Shown here: positions 21,616 to 31,781 of the stretch, piece after piece | How the letters are laid out: the number at the start of each line of letters is the position of its first letter | Numbering within the stretch: the first letter of the stretch is position 1 | Source: a virus | Lineage: Duplodnaviria; Heunggongvirae; Uroviricota; Caudoviricetes | Length of the DNA: 54,213 bases | IMG/VR virus record: IMGVR_UViG_2721755676_000004 | Strand: one strand, 5' to 3' | Made by a program: the position numbers and the translations under genes | Notes under the pieces: model-generated | What the model was told of the DNA's origin: nothing | The model's input: only the letters and a program-made list of their open reading frames with translations | The model's database searches: none

Positions 21616-23002
21616 TGATTTCCATCAGCATTACACTCTGATTTTTTAATTCATCGATCACTTCCTCTGGACGGGAATCCTGATCGATAAATTTCAACGC
21701 CTGCAACACCCGAACCGCATCAATCTGACGTATATCACCGCCCTGACGCAATGACTGAACAGCCAGCGCGGAGGATGAGTCAAACACCTGGGCAGATACA
21801 TCCAGTTCAGTGCGCACATCCACATTGCCACCGCAACTCTCTCCGATCCATTCCGCCATTATCTGGAGAATATTATCGAGGGCATCTTCGAGGGAGTTCG
21901 CCATTGTATAAAGCGGCGAGTTTTCCTGCATTCGCTCTTCATTAGTCTGATCAACAGATTTGGTGGATGTATTTTCAGCACGCAGAAGTTTAGCGCCGGC
22001 ATGACGCATCTGATTTTCCAGCTTCTCAAGTGATGTTTCGCCAGATTCTATCGCTGCGCCACTATGTTCAACATATTCGAGGCCATTTTTTGTTCTGTCC
22101 TCAAAAATCGTAGCGGTGGATGCACCAACCGTCAGTTCTTCATTCCTGTCCAGCCCGTAGGCCACCAGCAATGGAACGCGGGTAACATGAAGAATATTGT
22201 CCTGCTCGCTCTGGCTTTGCCAGTGCTTGATATTCAGCAAGCCAAGATTAAGCAATGGCGGTGTACCACGCATAAATCCTGTTTTCTTCGTGTACAGTGT
22301 TACCAGAGGAATATCATCACGGCTGGTATTCCATGACTCATGAAGCGTCCAGACAGATTCGCCATTAGTGCCTTCGCTACGTCGATAAATTTCAACTCGA
22401 CGGGGCATAATATGGCGGATCTGCTCCACCTTCTTCTGCCCGAAATCATCACCATCAATAATGATGACCTCTTTTATACGCAAATCAGTGAGAACAACTT
22501 TCCCTTTTTCAACTTTCGATTTCCATCCAATAACCTGGCGTGGATTCAGCATCGTAACGTACGGACGACCACCGGTCGCGTTTTCATCGGCTTTTGTACG
22601 AATCTCTTTCATATCCGTTCGTGGATAGTCCACCAGCGCATGTGCCACACCATACTGAAATGCGAGGCTGAAAAATTGCTGCGCCCACACATCCAGTCGG
22701 CTCCCCTCCATGTCGATATTTTCTGCATATTCCCTGATTTTTGCCGGCGTTTCCTCACTCAATACTGTCGGCTCTGCAAATATGCGCCCAATATTTTGCT
22801 TGATGCTTTCTTCATACACAGGAAGTAGCGTAGCCACAGACAGGCGTTTTTTATAAGCGTCTTCATCTTCGTTAGGCCATTTTGGGAGATAATTTTCCCC
22901 CTGCCTGCGCATTTCAAGCGTACCGCCCATCAGTGCGTCGTTAATATCCCACGCCTCCAGCATATCGTTATAGTCGAGGTTGGGTGTTGATATATCAGCC
23001 AT
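21596..23002 (-). CDS. Portal protein
   Basis: 468 aa; immediately downstream of large terminase. Confidence 0.8.
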   Translation of the reverse strand: MADISTPNLDYNDMLEAWDINDALMGGTLEMRRQGENYLPKWPNEDEDAYKKRLSVATLLPVYEESIKQNIGRIFAEPTVLSEETPAKIREYAENIDMEGSRLDVWAQQFFSLAFQYGVAHALVDYPRTDMKEIRTKADENATGGRPYVTMLNPRQVIGWKSKVEKGKVVLTDLRIKEVIIIDGDDFGQKKVEQIRHIMPRRVEIYRRSEGTNGESVWTLHESWNTSRDDIPLVTLYTKKTGFMRGTPPLLNLGLLNIKHWQSQSEQDNILHVTRVPLLVAYGLDRNEELTVGASTATIFEDRTKNGLEYVEHSGAAIESGETSLEKLENQMRHAGAKLLRAENTSTKSVDQTNEERMQENSPLYTMANSLEDALDNILQIMAEWIGESCGGNVDVRTELDVSAQVFDSSSALAVQSLRQGGDIRQIDAVRVLQALKFIDQDSRPEEVIDELKNQSVMLMEINDANRE

Positions 23003-23004
23003 AA

Positions 23005-24315
23005 TTAAATCCGAAGTGATGTGACTCTTCCGGTCGGTTTGACAATAGGGAATTGCTTAACGATGAAATAACCTCCGGCATCATTCGGGTGATCATTGCC
23101 AGATTTTTTATCAGGCTCCCCCTTCTCATCCCAGACCTGTTGCTCCAGAGATTCGGCATATAACGGGCAACGCTTCACATTAACTTTATAGCGACGCTCA
23201 CCATTGGCATTGCAGAACATTGCATTCATTGAGTTAACGCGATCTTTTACTGGCGGGTTCGAGCTGTTCACCACAACGTTAAAACCAGCCTGCTTAAGCT
23301 GGGCTATATCCGTCGTACTTGCGTTACTTGATTTTCTGGAATCCCCGGAAGCATCTGGATAAATATAAATTTCCCTCACTTTCCGGTAATCATTCCCATC
23401 ATACAGCCAGAAGCGTTCTTTAATGATGCGGATCATATCCGGCGTATCGTAGGCATTGATGATTTCAGTTACCGCACATGGAAGCCCCAAACGCAGCACA
23501 TGGACGATTCCCGCCATCTTTCCAACGTTAAAATCCATCCCAATATAAATCGGCTCCCCTGGCTGCTCCACTTCTTCGCAATTATTCAGTTTCCGGTCAA
23601 ACTGATGGTAAACAGTACCACTTGTCAGGTTAGTAAACTGTCCTCGAAGATAGGCTTTAATCAGCTCTGGAGGGTATGATTCAAGAAGCGAAGGAATGTA
23701 ATCTGCTGGCAGGTTCTTTTCATTATCGAAAGTAGATGCCTGCACCAGACCATACAGTGAGGCCAGCTCTGTTTTTTCACGCACGGCTTTAACAAACTGC
23801 TCGTAGACAAATTTGAATCCTTCCGGCGTGGTTGTAACGTCAATACCGTTGCGAAGTCCATCAATCTTATAACGCATACGTGCAATTATCTTGCGCCACG
23901 CCGTTCTGGCTTTTTCCTTCGGCAAAATGTCCAGTTCATCCACCAACGCATTACCAATTTTGAAACCGACGATCGTTTGTGGCTTCTCCATCGATCTGCA
24001 GATAGTGGTTCCCCGATACTGGCGTCCGTAATAAAAGTGAACCTCTTTATTTCCCTCATTAATTTTTACGTTCAATCCCCAGTCAGCAGCAACTTCTTCC
24101 ACTGTAGGGTAAAAAATATCGCGAATTTGGGGATACGTTGGCGCAAAATATCCCTGATTTATACCTGGATGCTCCCAAATCCCCTTGCATATGCCGCCAC
24201 ACCCAACCCATGTTTTGCCCGAGCCAAAACCAGCAATATAGGCTTTAAATTTATGGGGCATTGAAAGAAATCGCGCCTGAGGCACATTAAGCGTCGGAGA
24301 GATCATCTTCATCAC
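23005..24315 (-). CDS. Terminase large subunit
   Basis: 436 aa; Walker A-like GFGSGKT near N-terminus; acidic nuclease-type C-terminal region. Confidence 0.9.
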   Translation of the reverse strand: MMKMISPTLNVPQARFLSMPHKFKAYIAGFGSGKTWVGCGGICKGIWEHPGINQGYFAPTYPQIRDIFYPTVEEVAADWGLNVKINEGNKEVHFYYGRQYRGTTICRSMEKPQTIVGFKIGNALVDELDILPKEKARTAWRKIIARMRYKIDGLRNGIDVTTTPEGFKFVYEQFVKAVREKTELASLYGLVQASTFDNEKNLPADYIPSLLESYPPELIKAYLRGQFTNLTSGTVYHQFDRKLNNCEEVEQPGEPIYIGMDFNVGKMAGIVHVLRLGLPCAVTEIINAYDTPDMIRIIKERFWLYDGNDYRKVREIYIYPDASGDSRKSSNASTTDIAQLKQAGFNVVVNSSNPPVKDRVNSMNAMFCNANGERRYKVNVKRCPLYAESLEQQVWDEKGEPDKKSGNDHPNDAGGYFIVKQFPIVKPTGRVTSLRI

Positions 24316-25381
24316 TCCTTACTCTGGCATCAACCACATTAATATTGATCGCCACAGGCTGGGGATGTTCATTATCTTCCACCGTTTCGATCTCTTTGCG
24401 CAGCTTCTGGTTTTCCATTCTGCGCCGTTCAATTTCCAGTTCTTGTAGCCGTTTATCTGCACATAAAGCCCCGCCAGCAGAAAACAAACGCAACAATTCA
24501 CGCCGGGCGGCAGCCTTATCCTCCAGCAGGATCTCAACGCCGAATTTTCCGAATTTTGCCCCTGCATATAATTGCCGCGCATCCCCATCAAGCAGAGTGG
24601 TATCAGCCATATAAAGCTGTCCCGTTCCCTCACCGCAGCACTTCGGGCAGTCCGGATTGGGTATGGCGTTATCAACAAAGCCGAGGCCTCCATATTCCGG
24701 TTCGGGTTTGCCATCTCTGGAAGCCTGCGCCGCTGCCTTGTCGAATTCTGCTATATCGCGCCACTGGTAGAGATGATTCTCGCCCCAGCAATAACGGCAG
24801 TTAACACGGCGAAATTGTGCAAGCTGATTGGGGTCGGCCAGGACAATAGCCATCAACTGACTCACTAGTAAATCCAGGTCTGCGGTATAGCGTTTCTGGT
24901 ACTGATTGCGGAAGTAGCTGATAGCGCGAAAAACCCTGGCATTTCTAAGCATACGACTGGCGTTGCTGTTAGCTGTCGCACCTTGCCCCTCATAACCGGC
25001 TAGTCGGTACGCCTCTGTCGGCTTTTTACCCTGAGCAACAAGCATCGCAAACTTAGCCTGCTGGTCAGAAATGCCGAATTCATCGGGACAGAACGAAAAT
25101 TCCTCCGCGTCGCCCTCATTCAGGCCCGCATCGAATACTGGCTTTTTTTCCTGAGATTTTTCGTTCCGCTTTTGTGCAGTCTGCGCAGATTTTTTCTGCG
25201 CACTTTTTTGCGCAGTTTTGCACATTTCTGTCTGCGCATTTTTCGGAGTTTTTTTGATGTAACGACGGGCTGTTGCGTAATTCAGTCCCCTTGCTTCACA
25301 CCATGCCACCGGAGATATACCGGAGCGGGTGTATTCAGCAATATACTCCTGCTGCAACGCCCCCCAGTCCGGTCTGCTCAT
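24287..25381 (-). CDS. Terminase small subunit with C-terminal Cys-rich extension
   Basis: 364 aa; N-terminal HTH; central AYRLAGY...ASRMLRN motif typical of P27-type small terminases; overlaps terL start. Confidence 0.7.
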   Translation of the reverse strand: MSRPDWGALQQEYIAEYTRSGISPVAWCEARGLNYATARRYIKKTPKNAQTEMCKTAQKSAQKKSAQTAQKRNEKSQEKKPVFDAGLNEGDAEEFSFCPDEFGISDQQAKFAMLVAQGKKPTEAYRLAGYEGQGATANSNASRMLRNARVFRAISYFRNQYQKRYTADLDLLVSQLMAIVLADPNQLAQFRRVNCRYCWGENHLYQWRDIAEFDKAAAQASRDGKPEPEYGGLGFVDNAIPNPDCPKCCGEGTGQLYMADTTLLDGDARQLYAGAKFGKFGVEILLEDKAAARRELLRLFSAGGALCADKRLQELEIERRRMENQKLRKEIETVEDNEHPQPVAININVVDARVRSDEDDLSDA

Positions 25382-25384
25382 CAG

Positions 25385-25636
25385 TTAGTCCTGATTTTTA
25401 TCCACCCTGAGTAGTTCGCGCAGAGCAAAGGCATCCCCTTTTCTGGCAAGCTTAAACAATGCCGCTCGTAACTCGGCTTCACCTTTCGCTCTGCCCTTAC
25501 GGATGGCCGCATAAAAATCTGTCATTGCTTCCCGATTTTCTTTCAGTCGGTTCAGATCAACATCCAGAACGTCAGCGATTTGTTGTGCAGTCATCCGGCA
25601 CGCTGCCAGAGACTCGACTTTCGAATACGGAATCAT
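25385..25636 (-). CDS. Small HTH DNA-binding protein
   Basis: 83 aa; predicted HTH (TAQQIADVLDVDLNRL); overlaps the upstream gene end, so true start may be internal. Confidence 0.45.
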   Translation of the reverse strand: MIPYSKVESLAACRMTAQQIADVLDVDLNRLKENREAMTDFYAAIRKGRAKGEAELRAALFKLARKGDAFALRELLRVDKNQD

Positions 25637-26525
25637 TTGTCACCCCCATTGATATGCAGGGTGTCTTCTTCCTGTATTTTTCGTGAAGGATTTTTACTGC
25701 AGCGTTGTTCCAGGTGACCTGATGGTGAATGCGTTTATGGCTGGCACCCATCAGTGAGATTTTTACGCACGACGGCGCATACATGACGGAGTAAAAACTT
25801 TTAACGTAGGTTCCGGAATCCAGATACAGCTCGGTCATTCCGCCGCTGTTTTTCTGCGTCTGTTTCTGCCCTAACTGGACAGCACCGATCGTCATAAACA
25901 ATTCACCACAGCGACCGAGATTCGTGTACGTATTCACATCCTCGTTAATGCGCCCCATGAATGAGAACGGTCGATCAACCGAACAGATAAAGCTGTTCAT
26001 TGCCTTGCGTTTCACCCACGAAGCATGGCCGCCATTGTCACCAAGAAAATCCCCGCCCTGCGACATAGCGATGGAAAGAGCAGGTATTGATTCGTAGTAC
26101 GCCAGCATTTCAGAAAGGATCGCATCCAGTTTCCTTATCGGAAAATAGGCCTGGTCATAGTTGCGATCCACCCGAAACTGGAACTCGTGATAATCATCAT
26201 CGAGCTGAATGAAGTATTTACACCCGACCAGTTTTGCCAGGTCGAAACAGGCATTACGGGCGTAAAAAATTGAGCGGCGGTCACAGAAATTATCGGCTTC
26301 GTCAAAACGACTGGCGATATCGGCTTTGGAAAACACCAGCACCTGTTCACCAAATTCAGCCATGTACTGATTCCGTGTCTTATCTTCATCATCAACAACG
26401 ATAAAAATTTTCCCGGTATAGCCAGCACGACGCAACGTCCGGTAAGTCAGAACTTTGTCCGGTCGCCCGTGAGTCAGAATAAAGGCGCAAAAATCATCAC
26501 GCATATTCCTCCTCCTCACCACCAT
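25572..26525 (-). CDS. Soluble GT-A-fold glycosyltransferase-like protein
   Basis: 317 aa; N-terminal ILTHGRP...IFIVVDDED and later QLDDDY resemble GT2 strand-loop and DxD motifs; no TM segments. Confidence 0.55.
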   Translation of the reverse strand: MVVRRRNMRDDFCAFILTHGRPDKVLTYRTLRRAGYTGKIFIVVDDEDKTRNQYMAEFGEQVLVFSKADIASRFDEADNFCDRRSIFYARNACFDLAKLVGCKYFIQLDDDYHEFQFRVDRNYDQAYFPIRKLDAILSEMLAYYESIPALSIAMSQGGDFLGDNGGHASWVKRKAMNSFICSVDRPFSFMGRINEDVNTYTNLGRCGELFMTIGAVQLGQKQTQKNSGGMTELYLDSGTYVKSFYSVMYAPSCVKISLMGASHKRIHHQVTWNNAAVKILHEKYRKKTPCISMGVTNDSVFESRVSGSVPDDCTTNR

Positions 26526-27288
26526 GCATGATCTCCACCATGCGCTGCGTCATCCGGACAAATCCATTTTCAATAGCCTGCTGATAATCAATGATCACCA
26601 GCGCCGACTCCTCGAAAAAACACTGAATTTCAGAGGGGGCGTGAGCGTAATAGTCCGCAATTCTGCTGAAATTAAACACCGTGTGACGTTCTGCCGCACA
26701 CAGGAGGAATTTCTCAATATCAGGCTCAAGGGACGCCGAACGTATCCGGCTGATCAGCTCCTGAGTTTTCGTATCGTCGTACAGTTCACTGATATCCGGT
26801 TTACCGCCCGACGGCTCATAAACAGGCGTATCAATTTTCGTCGTATACGGCTCCTCCTCATTTCCTGTACCGGGCAAAACATCCGTCAACAGTTCATCAA
26901 TTTCTGTCGGGATGAAGCCTGTCAGGGAGACATCAAAATCAGCATTGATTAGGTCCGACAGCTCCATCCGCAACAGATCTTCATCCCAGCCAGCATTCAT
27001 CGGCAGGCGATTATCTGCCAGGCGGTACGCCTTTTTCTGCTCATCCGTCAGGCCAGACAGAACAATGACCGGAACAGAATCCATTTTGAGCATTTCAGCC
27101 GCCATAACACGACCGTGACCCGCAATAATTTCGCCCTTTTCGTCAATCAGCACCGGATTAGTCCAGCCGAATTGCTTAATACTTTCTACCAGTTGTGCCA
27201 CCTGCTCAGGGCTGTGCGTCCTGGCGTTGTGCGCATACGGTGACAATTCTTGTAATGGGCGATAGACTATCTTTAATTTCTCGCTCAT
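26497..27288 (-). CDS. ParB/Srx N-terminal domain (ParB-like nuclease) protein
   Basis: 263 aa; IIAGHGRVMAA core motif typical of the ParB N-terminal domain; acidic C-terminus. Confidence 0.8.
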   Translation of the reverse strand: MSEKLKIVYRPLQELSPYAHNARTHSPEQVAQLVESIKQFGWTNPVLIDEKGEIIAGHGRVMAAEMLKMDSVPVIVLSGLTDEQKKAYRLADNRLPMNAGWDEDLLRMELSDLINADFDVSLTGFIPTEIDELLTDVLPGTGNEEEPYTTKIDTPVYEPSGGKPDISELYDDTKTQELISRIRSASLEPDIEKFLLCAAERHTVFNFSRIADYYAHAPSEIQCFFEESALVIIDYQQAIENGFVRMTQRMVEIMHGGEEEEYA

Positions 27289-27302
27289 ACAGCCTTGCTT
27301 TA

Positions 27303-27339
27303 TGAATAAAACGCACCCCAGCAGCCAGTGCTACTGGGG
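27303..27339 (-). terminator. Terminator candidate downstream of trkG
   Basis: CCCCAG...CTGGGG hairpin followed by a T-rich tract on the minus strand. Confidence 0.35.
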
Positions 27340-27425
27340 ACGGAGGGGTTGCTGGTAAAGTTAGGTATTGGATCAATGAGTGAGTCAACATAATATTAAA
27401 CTCACAATTATAAATCAGCCATATA

Positions 27426-28901
27426 TTAGGAGCGCCAAAAAAAACCTGAAAACAATATAATAACAGGATAAATTTCAAGGCGACCAAGAATCATAGCTAT
27501 GCACATTAAACATTTTGCAATGTCATTAAGCACTCCGAATGACGATGCAGTAGCCCCAAAACCTAATCCCATATTATTAATACATGCAGCCACTGTTGCA
27601 AATGATGTAAGAAAATCATATCCCATACCATTTAACACCAGTATAAAAAACACCGTGAAGAGAGTATAAAGAAAAAAGAAACTCCATACAGACCTCATTA
27701 CACGATCTGTAACTATCTTCCCTCCTACATTTACACTCAACAACGCTCTGGGATGAGAAAGCTGATTTATCTCGTGTTTGCTTTGTTTGAAAAGTATAAG
27801 AAATCGAAGTGACTTAATTCCACCACAAGTTGAACCTATACATCCCCCAAAGAAACTTGACAACAGCAAAAACACTATCGTGTGCGTGGGCCAACTTGCA
27901 TAATCCTGCGTAGCTAAACCATTATCAGTGAGCATGGAGCTGGCAAGAAAAAACGAATGAATAAAACTTCCATGCAAGTCATACATACCTATATGCCAGA
28001 CCTGGAAAGAGGTAACAATGATCACCCCTAAGGCTATTAACAGAAAGAAACGAAGTTCAATATCTCTGATTAAAGGTTTTATCGTTTTCCTGCTAATAAC
28101 AATATACCAAAGAGTGAAGTTGAAAGCCGATAGCAGGGAAAAAGAACCAGCCACCAGCTCAACCAAATAGTTATTAAAATATCCGATACTCTCGCTATGA
28201 GTTGAGAAACCACCAAGCGAAACTGTGGAAATCCCGTGACAAATAGCATCAAACAAAGGCATTCCTGCAAGTCTATAACAGACAATACAAGCAATACCTA
28301 ATAAAGAATAAGTTATCCACAGTGTCCGTGACGTATCGGCCAGGCGGGGAGTGAGTTTGTCATCCTTAAATGGCCCCGGCATTTCTGACTGATAAAGCTT
28401 TGCACCACCAATACCCAATAATGGCAATACAGCAACCGCCAGAACAATAACTCCTAAACCACCTATAAAATTTAACTGTGACCGATAGTACAAATATGCC
28501 CGAGGTAATGAACTAACATCATCAATTACAGTTGCTCCTGTTGTTGTTATTCCAGAAACCCCTTCAAACAGAGCATCAATGAACGTTAAATTAAGTTCTG
28601 AGTCAATCCATAAAGGGAATGCACTAATAACAGAAAACAAAATCCAAAACATTACAATTATAATAAACCCATCACGGGTACGTAATTGAATGCCAGATTT
28701 CTTAGTTGTATACCACGCTCCGCCACCAATGCAAAAAAATATAACGAAAGTTATAAAGAAAACGAACAGGCTTTTTTCTTTATAAAACAATGCTACAACC
28801 ATTGGTGGCAACATTGAAAGACTATAGAGCCAAACCAGGAACCCACACATATGAGTAACAACTCTTACATGAGATGTATTCATATCTAAATATTCTTTCA
28901 A
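27426..28901 (-). CDS. trkG: Trk-system potassium uptake protein (TrkH/TrkG family)
   Basis: 491 aa polytopic membrane protein with repeated GG-containing pore-loop motifs; visibly AT-rich relative to flanks. Confidence 0.85.
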   Translation of the reverse strand: MKEYLDMNTSHVRVVTHMCGFLVWLYSLSMLPPMVVALFYKEKSLFVFFITFVIFFCIGGGAWYTTKKSGIQLRTRDGFIIIVMFWILFSVISAFPLWIDSELNLTFIDALFEGVSGITTTGATVIDDVSSLPRAYLYYRSQLNFIGGLGVIVLAVAVLPLLGIGGAKLYQSEMPGPFKDDKLTPRLADTSRTLWITYSLLGIACIVCYRLAGMPLFDAICHGISTVSLGGFSTHSESIGYFNNYLVELVAGSFSLLSAFNFTLWYIVISRKTIKPLIRDIELRFFLLIALGVIIVTSFQVWHIGMYDLHGSFIHSFFLASSMLTDNGLATQDYASWPTHTIVFLLLSSFFGGCIGSTCGGIKSLRFLILFKQSKHEINQLSHPRALLSVNVGGKIVTDRVMRSVWSFFFLYTLFTVFFILVLNGMGYDFLTSFATVAACINNMGLGFGATASSFGVLNDIAKCLMCIAMILGRLEIYPVIILFSGFFWRS

Positions 28902-29020
28902 TTATAACCACCTTGCTGCAATATTATGATTATACTGTATAAAATTTAACTCCTCTTAGATCTTACTTCACTGTTCCTTATGAAACAATCATCAAAATGA
29001 ATCATATTGTAGTTAAGATT

Positions 29021-29485
29021 TTACTTTAAACACTGCTCGGTTATGTATTGCTGAGCACCTTCAAGTTGGGCCTGCATCATTACCAGTCGTTCCCGGAGGG
29101 TGAAATAATCCCGTTCAGCGGTGTCTGCCAGTCGGGGGGAGGCTGCATTATCCACGCCGGAGGCGGTGGTGGCTTCACGCACTGACTGACAGACTGCTTT
29201 GATGTGCAACCGACGACGACCAGCGGCAACATCATCACGCAGAACATCATTTTCAGCTTTCGCATCAGCTAACTCCTTCGTGTATTTTGCATCGAGCGCA
29301 GCAACATCACGCTGACGCATCTGCATGTCAGTAATTGCCGCGTTCGCCAGCTTCAGTTCTCTGGCATTTTTGTCGCGCTGTTCTTTGTAGGCGATGGCGT
29401 TATCACGGTAATGATTAACACCCCATGACAGGCAGACGACGATGCAGATAACCAGAGCGGAGATAATCGCGGTTACTCTGTTCAT
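29021..29485 (-). CDS. Rz i-spanin
   Basis: N-terminal TM then coiled coil; start [12 protein letters not shown] at 29485 overlaps endolysin stop (ATGA); resembles lambda Rz. Confidence 0.8.
   Translation of the reverse strand: MNRVTAIISALVICIVVCLSWGVNHYRDNAIAYKEQRDKNARELKLANAAITDMQMRQRDVAALDAKYTKELADAKAENDVLRDDVAAGRRRLHIKAVCQSVREATTASGVDNAASPRLADTAERDYFTLRERLVMMQAQLEGAQQYITEQCLK
29080..29265 (-). CDS. Rz1 o-spanin lipoprotein embedded in Rz (+1 frame)
   Basis: 61 aa; lipobox LVVVGC; proline-rich (PPPPPAW); fully nested in Rz. Confidence 0.75.
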   Translation of the reverse strand: MRKLKMMFCVMMLPLVVVGCTSKQSVSQCVKPPPPPAWIMQPPPDWQTPLNGIISPSGNDW

Positions 29486-29711
29486 TGCTGACCCCACAAA
29501 CAGATTTCACGCTCAATCTCACGACGAGTCATGAGACCTTTCCATTGCTTACCGCCAGCATATGTCCAGCGACGTAGCTGATCACATGCGCCTTTGATAT
29601 CGCCCTGGTTTATTTTGCGAAGAAGCGTCGATGTTCTGAAATTGCCAGCACCCACGTTGTAAACGAATGAGTAAAGAGCGCCGCGCGTTGTTTCCGGTAT
29701 ATCGACTTTGA
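29482..29711 (-). pseudogene. SAR endolysin, C-terminal fragment (IS2-disrupted)
   Basis: Encodes ...[23 protein letters not shown]...CLWGQQ; reading frame runs into the IS2 left end. Confidence 0.85.
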
Positions 29712-29802
29712 TAGACTGGCCCCCTGAATCTCCAGACAACCAGTATCACTTATTTAAGTGATAGTCTTAATACTAGTTTTTAGACTAGTCATTGGAGAGC
29801 AG

Positions 29803-30168
29803 ATGATTGATGTCTTAGGACCGGAGAAACGCAGACGGCGTACCACACAGGAAAAGATCGCAATTGTTCAGCAGAGCTTTGAACCGGGGATGACGGTCTC
29901 CCTCGTTGCCCGGCAACATGGTGTAGCAGCCAGCCAGTTATTTCTCTGGCGTAAGCAATACCAGGAAGGAAGTCTTACTGCTGTCGCCGCCGGAGAACAG
30001 GTTGTTCCTGCCTCTGAACTTGCTGCCGCCATGAAGCAGATTAAAGAACTCCAGCGCCTGCTCGGCAAGAAAACGATGGAAAATGAACTCCTCAAAGAAG
30101 CCGTTGAATATGGACGGGCAAAAAAGTGGATAGCGCACGCGCCCTTATTGCCCGGGGATGGGGAGTAA
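29803..30168 (+). CDS. insC: IS2 transposase OrfA (InsC)
   Basis: 121 aa from [13 protein letters not shown]; HTH; A AAA AAG slippery site at 30120..30126 near its end. Confidence 0.85.
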
Positions 30169-31031
30169 GCTTAGTCAGCCGTTGTCTCCGGGTGTCGCGT
30201 GCGCAGTTGCACGTCATTCTCAGACGAACCGATGACTGGATGGATGGCCGCCGCAGTCGTCACACTGATGATACGGATGTGCTTCTCCGTATACACCATG
30301 TTATCGGAGAGCTGCCCACGTATGGTTATCGTCGGGTATGGGCGCTGCTTCGCAGACAGGCAGAACTTGATGGTATGCCTGCGATCAATGCCAAACGTGT
30401 TTACCGGATCATGCGCCAGAATGCGCTGTTGCTTGAGCGAAAACCTGCTGTACCGCCATCGAAACGGGCACATACAGGCAGAGTGGCTGTGAAAGAAAGT
30501 AATCAGCGATGGTGCTCTGACGGGTTCGAGTTCCGCTGTGATAACGGAGAAAAACTGCGAGTCACGTTCGCGCTGGACTGCTGTGACCGTGAGGCACTGC
30601 ACTGGGCGGTCACTACGGGCGGCTTCAACAGTGAAACAGTACAGGACGTCATGCTGGGAGCGGTGGAACGCCGCTTCGGCAACGAGCTTCCGGCGTCTCC
30701 AGTAGAGTGGCTGACGGATAATGGTTCATGCTACCGGGCTAATGAAACACGGCAGTTTGCCCGGATGTTGGGGCTTGAACCGAAGAGCACGGCGGTGCGG
30801 AGTCCGGAGAGTAACGGCATAGCAGAGAGCTTCGTGAAAACGATAAAGCGTGACTACATCAGTGTCATGCCCAAACCAGACGGGTTAACGGCAGCAAAGA
30901 ACCTTGCAGAGGCGTTCGAGCATTATAACGAATGGCATCCGCATAGTGCACTGGGTTATCGCTCGCCACGGGAATATCTACGGCAGCAAGCCAGTAATGG
31001 GTTAAGTGATAACAGGTGTCTGGAAATATAG
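30126..31031 (+). CDS. insD: IS2 transposase OrfB (InsD), DDE catalytic domain
   Basis: 301 aa in the -1 frame relative to insC; rve/DDE-type integrase core. Confidence 0.85.
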
Positions 31032-31042
31032 GGGCAAATCCA

Positions 31043-31315
31043 TTTGATGTACGGGTTAATTTGTCTGGCGACCGTGGCAAGGTCTTTATTCAAGAGTGTT
31101 TTGCATTCTGCTTTGGTATACGTTTTACCGAGCATGATGTCTTTTCCTGTATGCCCGTGACATACAGTCCATACACCAACAATATCTTTGTATGGTATGT
31201 AGCTGACACCTTCCAGACCATCGTTACCACTTGGGCCAGTGATTAACACTGATGCTATAGCAATTGCTCCGCCACCAATAGCAGCAGCAACGACTTTTCG
31301 TAATGATGGAGGCAT
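31043..31315 (-). pseudogene. SAR endolysin, N-terminal fragment (IS2-disrupted)
   Basis: [27 protein letters not shown]... signal-anchor-release domain as in phage 21 R; frame continues into IS2 right end after INPYIK. Confidence 0.85.
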
Positions 31316-31530
31316 TATTCACCTCTCGCAGCCTTGCGCTTATCTTCTTTAATCTTGAAATAAAGGTTTGTCAGGTACGTCAGCAGGCCAAATACCAGAC
31401 TACCCAGCACACCGATTGCAGCCCACTGTGACGGAGTTACTCTATCGAGCAACTGTAAAAACCAGTAGCCAGCACTGCCTGCGGAGGTGCCGTAGGCAAT
31501 GCCTGTTGAAATTTTGTCCATGGATTTCAT
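31315..31530 (-). CDS. Pinholin (phage 21 S-like), dual-start motif
   Basis: Starts [10 protein letters not shown] (two Met codons three codons apart); two TM helices; AGGTGAGG SD upstream; ATGA overlap with endolysin start. Confidence 0.8.
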   Translation of the reverse strand: MKSMDKISTGIAYGTSAGSAGYWFLQLLDRVTPSQWAAIGVLGSLVFGLLTYLTNLYFKIKEDKRKAARGE

Positions 31531-31781
31531 AGCCTCACCTCCGCACGGAACGGATGGCATAGTTATTATGTGTAGGCTTTCAGACACATCAATCAGAGCC
31601 TTAATTGATATATATGCTGGAGACGATGCAATATAAAAAGCTCGCCGTAGCGAGCTAATAAAATGTATTTCTCTGATATTATGTTTATTTGTATTAGCTC
31701 AGACTTGACATCACAGGTTTCGTATATAGAACATCATCAAATCTGTCAGTTTGCTATGAATGAGATATAGTAATTGAAGAG

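Larger units (their letters stand above)
29712..31042 (+). mobile_element. IS2 insertion sequence (IS3 family), complete, 1331 bp
   Basis: Starts TAGACTGGCCCCCTGAATCTCCAGACA, ends ...ATATAGGGGCAAATCCA; imperfect terminal inverted repeats; flanked by 5-bp direct repeat TTTGA (29707..29711 and 31043..31047). Confidence 0.9.

Noticed and set aside
22340-22828. 162-aa plus-strand ORF inside the portal gene
   Set aside because: Antisense to the portal coding sequence; no RBS; no recognisable protein features.
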